A DNA stretch of 29,287 bases, taken from an uncultured Pseudomonadota bacterium (GTDB taxonomy: Bacteria > BMS3Abin14). Each line of letters begins with the position of its first letter. Positions within the stretch are counted from its first letter, which is position 1. The stretch lies in NCBI GenBank assembly GCA_964454175.1, contig CAYVSA010000023.1:1-29287 (forward strand), written 5' to 3'. The translations under genes and the position numbers were made by a program. Shown here piece after piece: positions 9,047-16,001 of this stretch. The notes below the pieces were generated by a model. It saw only the letters and a program-made list of their open reading frames with translations, did no database searches and had not been told where the DNA came from.

Positions 9047-10084
9047 TCACAGGAAATCCGCCGCCTTCAGCCCCTCTGCCTCCAGATATTTACGCAGATT
9101 CGCAATTATTCTCTGTTCGAGCTGCCTGACCCTTTCGCGGGTTATTCCCAGTTCTTCGCCCAGATTCTGAAGTGTTTTCTGGTCATCGCCCATCCACCGC
9201 GATGTGAATATCTTCTTGTCCCTATCCGAAAGCGTGGCCACAAAGGCCGCCAGTTTTTCCAGGTACAGACTCCTTGCCTGATCGTTTGCTACAAGGTCCT
9301 CCGCATCAGGCTCCTGGGAAGGCAGGACATCAAGCAAGGTGAATTCCTCACCGCTCCTGCCCCTGGGGGCCTCCAGGGAGACGTCACCGCCGCTCAGACG
9401 CTGGGTCATCTCCTCCACCTCTGACTCCTTGACATCGAGTGATTTAGCGATGGCCTTTACGTCGGGCTCTATCCCCATCTTCCTCAGTTTCTCCCTCTCC
9501 TTGCCCAGCTGGAAGTAGAGGGTCCTCTGTGCCTGGGTGGTGCCCAGCTTGACGAGCCTGGAGTTGTTCATGATGTAGCGGATTATATAGGCGCGGATCC
9601 ACCACGCTGAGTAGGACGAGAACCTGACGCCCCGGTAGGGATCGTACTTCTTCACCGCATGCATCAGGCCCACGTTACCTTCCTGGATAAGATCGAGTAT
9701 CTCCCTCCACATTTTCCTGTATTCGAGAGCGATCTTTATTACCAGCCGGAGATTGGACGTTACGAGGGCATAGGCCGCGTCAACATCGTCCTCGTTAAGG
9801 TAGCGAAGAGCAAGTTCCTTTTCCTCCTCACGTGAAAGGATCGGGTAGTGCCTGACCTCCTGGTAATATGCTGAAACCGGGTCGTAGGGGGCCGGCTTTG
9901 ATCCTGATCGGGGCTTCTTTTCTGAACCCGACCGGGGTTTGGCGACATCTTCCTCAGGTGTAATTATCTCGGGCTCATGGGCGGTGGCTGCACTTTTACT
10001 TCCCTTTCCCATTGACTTCCCTGAGCCCTTGCCCTTTTGAGGAAACTTTTTCTTTCTCTTCTTTTTCTCTTTTTGCTCAGCCAT
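9047..10084 (-). CDS. rpoH: RNA polymerase sigma-32 family factor
   Basis: Region 2 (NLRLV, DLIQEGNVGLM, RFSSYSAWWIRA), RpoH-box-like TTQAQRTLYFQL, region 4 ITRERVRQLE. Confidence 0.88.
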   Translation of the reverse strand: MAEQKEKKKRKKKFPQKGKGSGKSMGKGSKSAATAHEPEIITPEEDVAKPRSGSEKKPRSGSKPAPYDPVSAYYQEVRHYPILSREEEKELALRYLNEDDVDAAYALVTSNLRLVIKIALEYRKMWREILDLIQEGNVGLMHAVKKYDPYRGVRFSSYSAWWIRAYIIRYIMNNSRLVKLGTTQAQRTLYFQLGKEREKLRKMGIEPDVKAIAKSLDVKESEVEEMTQRLSGGDVSLEAPRGRSGEEFTLLDVLPSQEPDAEDLVANDQARSLYLEKLAAFVATLSDRDKKIFTSRWMGDDQKTLQNLGEELGITRERVRQLEQRIIANLRKYLEAEGLKAADFL

Positions 10085-10114
10085 TTGAATCCCTGTCTGG
10101 ATTTTCCTTAATCG

Positions 10115-11152
10115 TCATGCCCCTGTGACAGCATACCTGGCTCTCAACTGGCCGCAGGCGGCGGCGATCTCCGCACCTCGGCTGTCCCTGACCGTGGCAA
10201 GAACACCTGCGTCAAAGAGAATTTCCTGGAAATCGATCACTGAAGTCTCATCCGGCGGCAGATAACCGGCAGTGTTCTCGTTGCAGGGGATCAGGTTCAC
10301 CTTGCAGGGAAGACCTCCAACGAGGTGCGCGAGCCTGACCGCATTTTCAACACCATCGTTAACGTCCCTTATCAAAACGTACTCAAAGGTCACTCTCTGG
10401 CGCTTTTTTATCGGGTAATCCCTGATCGCTTTTAACAGCTCTCCCAATGGATATCTCCGGTTAACCGGCATGAGCTTTGATCGGGTATTATCGTCGGCCG
10501 CATTAAGCGACACCGCAAGGCTTACGCCGAGCCCAGCCTCTCCCAGCTGCCTTATCCCGGGAACCCACCCGCACGTCGAAACTGTCACCCGCCTCGGGGA
10601 GAAGTTAAACCCTCTGCTGTCAAGTATAGCCTCAAGGGCAGGCATAAGCTCATCCATGTTTCGGAGAGGCTCACCCATCCCCATGAAGACCAGGTTCCTC
10701 AGGTTTGTCCTGCCGCCAAGGACTCGTGCTGCCAGCGCCACCTGGGCAAGCATCTCGCCCCTCCTGAGATTACGAGTCAGGCCATCACGGCCGGTCTCGC
10801 AGAACAGACACCCCATTTCACATCCGGCCTGGGTGGATATGCACTGAGTGTTATATCCCTCCTCGGGTATTATAACGGTTTCAACCCTCTCCTCCCCTTC
10901 AAGGCCGAGGAGGAGCTTACAGGTCCCATCGGTGGACTCCTGGCATTCAACGATGTCCATCGGGGCAAGGTCAAGCAGCTCTGACAGTTCATCCCTCAGG
11001 GAAGACGGCAGGTTGGTCATGTCCGCGAAACTGCCGACTGTCCTGAGGTAAGCCCAGTGCAGGACCTGATCGAGCCGGTACGAATTCTGCCCCATTCCCT
11101 CCAGCAGTTCGGCCAGTTCGTCAAAAGATCTGTCGAAAAAGTTTGTCTTCAT
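10115..11152 (-). CDS. rlmN: 23S rRNA m2A2503/tRNA methyltransferase (radical SAM)
   Basis: CISTQAGCEMGCLFC (CxxxCxxC), MGMGEP, VNLIP, AACGQL; downstream of ndk. Confidence 0.95.
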   Translation of the reverse strand: MKTNFFDRSFDELAELLEGMGQNSYRLDQVLHWAYLRTVGSFADMTNLPSSLRDELSELLDLAPMDIVECQESTDGTCKLLLGLEGEERVETVIIPEEGYNTQCISTQAGCEMGCLFCETGRDGLTRNLRRGEMLAQVALAARVLGGRTNLRNLVFMGMGEPLRNMDELMPALEAILDSRGFNFSPRRVTVSTCGWVPGIRQLGEAGLGVSLAVSLNAADDNTRSKLMPVNRRYPLGELLKAIRDYPIKKRQRVTFEYVLIRDVNDGVENAVRLAHLVGGLPCKVNLIPCNENTAGYLPPDETSVIDFQEILFDAGVLATVRDSRGAEIAAACGQLRARYAVTGA

Positions 11153-11175
11153 CAGTAATCAGGCTGCAAGTGCCC

Positions 11176-11241
11176 TAACGCAGAGTTACGCTGAGCGCCC
11201 ATCCGGTCGGACCGCAAAGGGCTCAATAGCCCTCTGCGTTA
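11176..11241. other. Long bulged hairpin in the ndk-rlmN spacer
   Basis: Perfect 10-bp outer stem TAACGCAGAG (11176-11185)/CTCTGCGTTA (11232-11241), with inner tgagc-gccc...gggc-tca pairing. Confidence 0.55.
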
Positions 11242-11282
11242 CCGGCTTTTGCTCCTTATACAACTATTCAGTCTCCAATTAT

Positions 11283-11434
11283 GATAGGGTCGCAAAAAGT
11301 CCATATTGGCTTTTTGCTCCTCGGAAAGGGAAAAATGTCATTTTCCCTTTCCTCTCAAATCAATGACTTACGTCCCCAGTCATTGATTTGGGCGCCCATA
11401 CGGGGCGCTTTGATGGACTTTTTACGAGTCCATC
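11283..11434 (+). mobile_element. 152-bp MITE-like element, complete copy
   Basis: TIRs gatagggtcgcaaaaagtccat / atggactttttacgagtccatc (18/22 complementary); flanked by the direct repeat AATTAT (11277-11282 and 11435-11440); four internal hairpins; no ORF. Confidence 0.88.
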
Positions 11435-11436
11435 AA

Positions 11437-11847
11437 TTATAACTCCGGGAAGAAGAACCCGATCTCGAAGACCGCCGTCTCCGGTGAATCTGAACCGTGC
11501 ACGATGTTGCGCTCTATGCTCTCTGCGTGATCCGCCCTGATGGTCCCGGGGTCAGCATCAGATGGATCGGTGGCCCCCATGATCTTTCTGTTGGTGCTGA
11601 TAGCGTCCGGCCCTTCCAGGACCATTACCACCACCGGCCCTGAGGACATGTATTCCTTCAGCTCCCCGTAAAAAGGCCTCTCCTTGTGGACGGCGTAAAA
11701 CCCTCCGGCCTCATCGCCGGTCAGGGAAATCATCTTCATGGCAATTATACTCAGGCCTGCCTTCTCGAACCTGGACACTACATCACCGATCACTTTTTTC
11801 TCGACTCCATCTGGCTTGATAATGGAGAGAGTTCTCTCATTTGACAC
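11437..11847 (-). CDS. ndk: Nucleoside diphosphate kinase
   Basis: [37 protein letters not shown] active-site motif; GTG start follows AAGGAG. Confidence 0.97.
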   Translation of the reverse strand: MSNERTLSIIKPDGVEKKVIGDVVSRFEKAGLSIIAMKMISLTGDEAGGFYAVHKERPFYGELKEYMSSGPVVVMVLEGPDAISTNRKIMGATDPSDADPGTIRADHAESIERNIVHGSDSPETAVFEIGFFFPEL

Positions 11848-11935
11848 TTGTGAACTCCTTTCTGCTGCTTGTCAGTTCTACGGTAATTTCTATCAGAATA
11901 GACCTAACCTACTGTAAAATAAAGGTTCCCATTTC

Positions 11936-12170
11936 TTTTCCACAGAAACTGTGGACAGGGCGTGGATAACCCTGTGAATGAGGGGCCGGGTGCAAACACT
12001 TAAAAGGGTTTTTTCCTGATTGCACAAAAATTATGCAATTCTAATTTTGTTTGTAAATACAGTATGTTATGATGTCCTGGATGCCATTTTCTCTATTCCG
12101 CGCCGCCTTGAGACACTGAGCGGCTTTTTATGCATAAGAGTCTGTATACAGCATTATCGGCTGTTGATAA
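11936..12170. promoter_or_regulatory. DnaA-box cluster
   Basis: TTTTCCACA 11936-11944 (exact match to TTWTNCACA), TGTGGACAG 11950-11958, CGTGGATAA 11961-11969, TGTGAATGA 11973-11981, TTATGCATAA 12128-12137, TGTTGATAA 12162-12170, in an AT-rich gene-free gap. Confidence 0.65.
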
Positions 12171-12174
12171 AGGT

Positions 12175-14265
12175 CTATCCGGAGGATGGCAGTTCCAGTC
12201 TGTCAGACCAGAACATTTCGGCACTTTCGAGGAGATCTTCGCCTCCCTCGCTGCCCCCCTCCACTACTCTTTCGGCGACCATCCTCGCGCTCCTCACAAG
12301 TGCCTGGTCCCTGATCGGATGAGCAAACCGGAAATCAGGATAACCTGCCTGGCGGACTCCGAAAAAATCCCCTGGGCCCCGCATTCGGAGGTCGTGCTCA
12401 GCTATTTCGAACCCGGAAGTAGAGTTTTTCATAATCTCCAGGCGTTCGACCGCCTCCGGGCTCAAATTTGCGGAGGCAACCAGGATACATGAGGAAGGTG
12501 CGGTCCCCCTTCCAACCCTGCCGCGCAGCTGGTGAAGCTGGAAAAGACCGAACCTGTCGGCGTGTTCAACAACCATCAATGTCGCATCAGATACATCCAC
12601 ACCTACCTCGATCACAGTTGTTGCGACGAGAACCTGGTACCTGCCCTCCTTGAAATCTCTCATGACCTTTTCCTTCTCATCGGATGACATCCTGCCCGTG
12701 AGAAGGCCTATTTTCAAATTAGGGAATATCACCTTCCTGAATTTTTCCGCCATCTCGCTGGCAGCTGAAAGCTCGGATTTTTCCGACTCTTCCACAAGAG
12801 GGTATACAATGAAAACCCTGTTATCCTCCCTGACCTCCCTGGCAATGGCAAGGTGCAGCTTCGCACGGTCCGACTCCCTGAAAATGAGGGTTTTCACAGG
12901 CTGGCGACCCGGCGGCATCTCGTCCAGGACAGACACATCAAGGTCACCGTAAAGCACCATTGTCAGGCTGCGCGGGATTGGCGTTGCAGTCATTACAAGA
13001 AAGTGGGGACTTCGCCCCTTCCGGGCGAGGGAGAGGCGCTGGACCACCCCGAACCTGTGCTGTTCATCCACGACAGCCAGGGCCAGCTTTGAAAAGTCTA
13101 CACCCTCCTGTATCAGCGCGTGAGTACCCACCACCACGAGAGGCTCTCCGGACTCGATCCTCTTGCGGATACCGGCTTTTTCGGATGCGCTCGTGCTGCC
13201 GGTCATCAGCACAGTCTGTACACCCAGATCTTTTCCCCAACGGCTCATGTTGGCAAAGTGCTGTTCGGCGAGGACTTCCGTGGGCACCATCAGGGCCGCC
13301 TGAAAACCGGCCTCCACCGACATCAGCATCCCGATGTAGGCCACCAGGGTCTTTCCTGAACCTACGTCTCCCTGCAGGAGGCGCTGCATGGGGACCGTCT
13401 CGGCCATGTCGCCCTTGATCTGTACCAGCACCTTTTCCTGACCCGCAGTCAGTAAAAATGGCAGGTTACGGCGCAGATCAACTTCTAATTTGCCAGCCGG
13501 TGCGACCTTAACTCCCGGCCGTTCCCGAATGGAGCTCCTGCGTTTGAAAAGTCCAAGTTGGAACAGCAGGAGCTCACCGAACTTGAGCCTGCGGTGCCAG
13601 GGGCTGTCTCCCCTGTTCAGGGCGTCCACGTCCGCTCCGGCAGGAGGGCTGTGCAGGGATTCCAGGCACTGGGCAAGAACGGGGAGGGAGAACTCCTCCA
13701 ATATATCCCGGGGGATGAACTCCCTGTATGCGCCGGAGGGAAAAGAGCTCCTCGCCTGTTCAACAGCTTTCCGGACGACCCTCTGGGTCAAACCGTCTGT
13801 CAGAGGATAGATGGGAATGATCCCGAGGCCTTTTTCATCGTCGGCAGGGGCCATATCGGGATGGTACATCTGGAGGTGACCGCCGAAAAGGTCCACTCTG
13901 CCGGTAGCAATAATTTCAGTGCCGGCAGGATAATTTTCAGACAGGTTCTTCTTGAGCCACTTACTGTGCCTGAACCACTTGAGGACAAGGACACCCTTTC
14001 CATCGGAGACCATCATTTCCAGAGTGCCCCGCCTCCTGAAACCCTTTTCCCCAAGGGACATTACCTGCCCTTTAATAGTCTGGGTGGAACCCTGGACAAG
14101 CAGTGAAATGGGACAGGGGTGGCTCCTGTCCTGGTACGCTCTGGGTATTAGAAAAGGGAGATCCTCGACGCTGTGAACGCCAATATTTTCGAACTTTTCG
14201 GAAACCCTGGGGCCTACGCCCTTGAGGGTTGTTAGTGGTGTGCTGTTCCCGGCCCCGACCTTCAC
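12175..14265 (-). CDS. recG: ATP-dependent DNA helicase RecG
   Basis: LKGVGP, wedge/OB domain, RLLQGDVGSGKT, MVPTEVLAEQH, VDEQHRFGV, MTATPIPR, QLHQLRGRVGRG, DLRMRGPG. Confidence 0.97.
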   Translation of the reverse strand: MKVGAGNSTPLTTLKGVGPRVSEKFENIGVHSVEDLPFLIPRAYQDRSHPCPISLLVQGSTQTIKGQVMSLGEKGFRRRGTLEMMVSDGKGVLVLKWFRHSKWLKKNLSENYPAGTEIIATGRVDLFGGHLQMYHPDMAPADDEKGLGIIPIYPLTDGLTQRVVRKAVEQARSSFPSGAYREFIPRDILEEFSLPVLAQCLESLHSPPAGADVDALNRGDSPWHRRLKFGELLLFQLGLFKRRSSIRERPGVKVAPAGKLEVDLRRNLPFLLTAGQEKVLVQIKGDMAETVPMQRLLQGDVGSGKTLVAYIGMLMSVEAGFQAALMVPTEVLAEQHFANMSRWGKDLGVQTVLMTGSTSASEKAGIRKRIESGEPLVVVGTHALIQEGVDFSKLALAVVDEQHRFGVVQRLSLARKGRSPHFLVMTATPIPRSLTMVLYGDLDVSVLDEMPPGRQPVKTLIFRESDRAKLHLAIAREVREDNRVFIVYPLVEESEKSELSAASEMAEKFRKVIFPNLKIGLLTGRMSSDEKEKVMRDFKEGRYQVLVATTVIEVGVDVSDATLMVVEHADRFGLFQLHQLRGRVGRGTAPSSCILVASANLSPEAVERLEIMKNSTSGFEIAEHDLRMRGPGDFFGVRQAGYPDFRFAHPIRDQALVRSARMVAERVVEGGSEGGEDLLESAEMFWSDRLELPSSG

Positions 14266-14284
14266 TCTCTCTTTCCGGACGAAG

Positions 14285-14491
14285 CTACTGCTTTTTCTTG
14301 AGGATCGTATTCAGATCGACCAGCAGGTCATCGAGCTTAACGCCATGGGCGACGGCGCCATACTCAATAGATTCGGCTTCTGCGCCCATACACCCGAAAC
14401 ACTGCATGTTGTACTTTCTCAGGACCTTGATGGTGTCGGGATAACTTCGCAGCACTTCATTGAAGGTCATATCTTTCGTGATCTTGGCCAT
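14285..14491 (-). CDS. DUF1858-like small CxxC protein
   Basis: ITKDMTFNEVL..YP....VL..Y.M.CFGC..AEAESIE.GA..HG pattern; ATG at 14491 follows GAGGTG. Confidence 0.85.
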   Translation of the reverse strand: MAKITKDMTFNEVLRSYPDTIKVLRKYNMQCFGCMGAEAESIEYGAVAHGVKLDDLLVDLNTILKKKQ

Positions 14492-14591
14492 ACCCACCTC
14501 TCAACGCTTGTATTAAATTTCAAACTTGATAAATTTCCCGGATTATGTTAGCAATCCGAGTCTTTAACCGCAAGGCAAAAGGAGGTCAATA

Positions 14592-14786
14592 ATGTCCCGC
14601 ACATGTGAGATATGCGGAAAGAAGCCGACCGTTGGCAACAACGTCAGTCACGCCAACAACAGGACCAGGAGAAGGTTCCTGCCGAACCTTCAGACGGTCA
14701 GGATCCGCGAACCCAACGGCACTGTCCGCAAGGCGACCGTCTGCACCAGGTGCATCCGTACGGGTAAATTTGAGAAAGCGGTGTGA
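14592..14786 (+). CDS. rpmB: 50S ribosomal protein L28
   Basis: [34 protein letters not shown]...VCTRCIR; AAGGAGG Shine-Dalgarno. Confidence 0.97.
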   Translation: MSRTCEICGKKPTVGNNVSHANNRTRRRFLPNLQTVRIREPNGTVRKATVCTRCIRTGKFEKAV

Positions 14787-14809
14787 AATCAGCGCTGGTC
14801 TTTGGTCCA

Positions 14810-14914
14810 GTCCCAGGACCCAGGACCCAAGTCCCAGGACCCAGGACCCAAGTCCCAGGACCCAGGACCCAAGTGATAGGTCCAAGGCCCAACGACCAAT
14901 GTCCAACGTCCGAC
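14810..14914. repeat. Heptamer tract including three exact 21-bp repeats
   Basis: (gtcccaggacccaggacccaa)x3 at 14810-14872, continuing as gtgatag gtccaag gcccaac gaccaat gtccaac gtccgac. Confidence 0.9.
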
Positions 14915-14966
14915 ATTAAATCAGTTTCAAGTTCCGCGTTCCAATTTCTAATGCTCTAATACCCAT

Positions 14967-15302
14967 CTCGATACTTCGATACCTCGATACCTCGATACTT
15001 CGATACCTCGATACTTCGCTACTTCGATACCTCGATACCTCGCTACCTCGATACTTCGATACCTCGATACTTCGATACCTCGATACCTCGCTACCTCGAT
15101 ACTTCGATACTTCGATACCTCGATACTTCGATACCTCGATACTTCGCTACCTCGCTACCTCGATACCTCGCTACCTCGATACCTCGCTACCTCGATACTT
15201 CGCTACCTCGATACTTCGATACTTCGATACCTCGATACTTCGCTACCTCGCTACCTCGATACTTCGATACCTCGATACCTCGATACCTCGATACTTCGAT
15301 AC
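14967..15302. repeat. Tandem array of 42 x 8-bp units (YTCGMTAC)
   Basis: 336 bp with no indels. Hand count: CTCGATAC x20, TTCGATAC x12, CTCGCTAC x6, TTCGCTAC x4. Confidence 0.95.
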
Positions 15303-15425
15303 GCCCATACCCCCACACTCCAAAACCCAGAGCCCCCTCACGCGCTCAAATAGCTCGTCCGTGGCACTTTACAGGTTTTTTCCTGGGAGAGGTATGGCTT
15401 TTTGAAAAACCCCTACTCAGGGACG

Positions 15426-15806
15426 TTAAACGGCCGCCACCACCGCCATCTCGATCCTGGCCCCCAGGGGGAGTCCTGACACTTCTACCGTGACTCTGGC
15501 CGGGGGTTCTTCGAGAAAGACAGCAGCCAGATATTCGTTGACCTTTTGAAAATCGGATAGGTCCACCAGGAAAACATCCAGCCTGAGGACCTTGTCCAGT
15601 TCTGACCCGGCCTCGGTGAGAACCGATCTCAGGTTTTTTATTACTCTTTCTGCCTGGGCCACGATGGGCCCGTCCACCAGTTCCCCGGTCTCAGGGTCAA
15701 GAGGTATCTGCCCGGCCGCGAACACGAGGTCACCGTGTACTATCGCCTGGCTGTAGGGGCCGATCGCTTTGGGGGCTTTTTGTGTCTGAACAACTTTTCT
15801 GGTCAT
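15426..15806 (-). CDS. ridA: RidA/YjgF family enamine/imine deaminase
   Basis: APKAIGPYSQA, GQIPLDP, PPARVTVEVSGLPLGARIEM. True start is ATG 15806 after GGAGGT; the upstream extension in the ORF track is repeat-derived. Confidence 0.92.
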   Translation of the reverse strand: MTRKVVQTQKAPKAIGPYSQAIVHGDLVFAAGQIPLDPETGELVDGPIVAQAERVIKNLRSVLTEAGSELDKVLRLDVFLVDLSDFQKVNEYLAAVFLEEPPARVTVEVSGLPLGARIEMAVVAAV

Positions 15807-15868
15807 TGATACCTCCAGATTTTTGGTGACAGTCGCCACTGCTCTGGTACACTCGCCCCCGTCGTAGA

Positions 15869-15975
15869 ACCCAAGTCCCAAGTCCAGGGTCCCAGGTTCC
15901 AAGATATAAGACCCAGGATCCAAGATCCAAAATCCAACATCAAACACGTTGGACTTTGGACGTTGGTCGTTGGAC
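15869..15975. repeat. Inverted heptamer tracts between rel/spoT and ridA
   Basis: Eleven NNCCARG-like units (15869-15945) followed by gttggac tttggac gttggtc gttggac. Confidence 0.8.
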
Positions 15976-16001
15976 ACTGACAGTTCCGCCCCGCGAAATT
16001 G

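Noticed and set aside
11190-11245. Resemblance to a c-di-GMP-I riboswitch (ggac-gcaaag...gttaccg)
   Set aside because: Lacks the GAAA tetraloop/receptor architecture and is on the strand opposite to rlmN.
14586-14919. Repetitive ORFs (LGSWVLG / PRTQDPS repeats) overlapping rpmB
   Set aside because: Reading-frame by-products of the 21-bp/heptamer repeat; they overlap a bona fide L28 gene.
14951-15302. Possible (LDTSIPRY)n peptide from the octamer array
   Set aside because: The nearest ATG (14951) is followed at once by TAA, and there is no Shine-Dalgarno/start in an open frame.
15807-15977. 57-aa N-terminal extension of RidA in the ORF track
   Set aside because: Translated heptamer repeat; a strong GGAGGT precedes ATG 15806.
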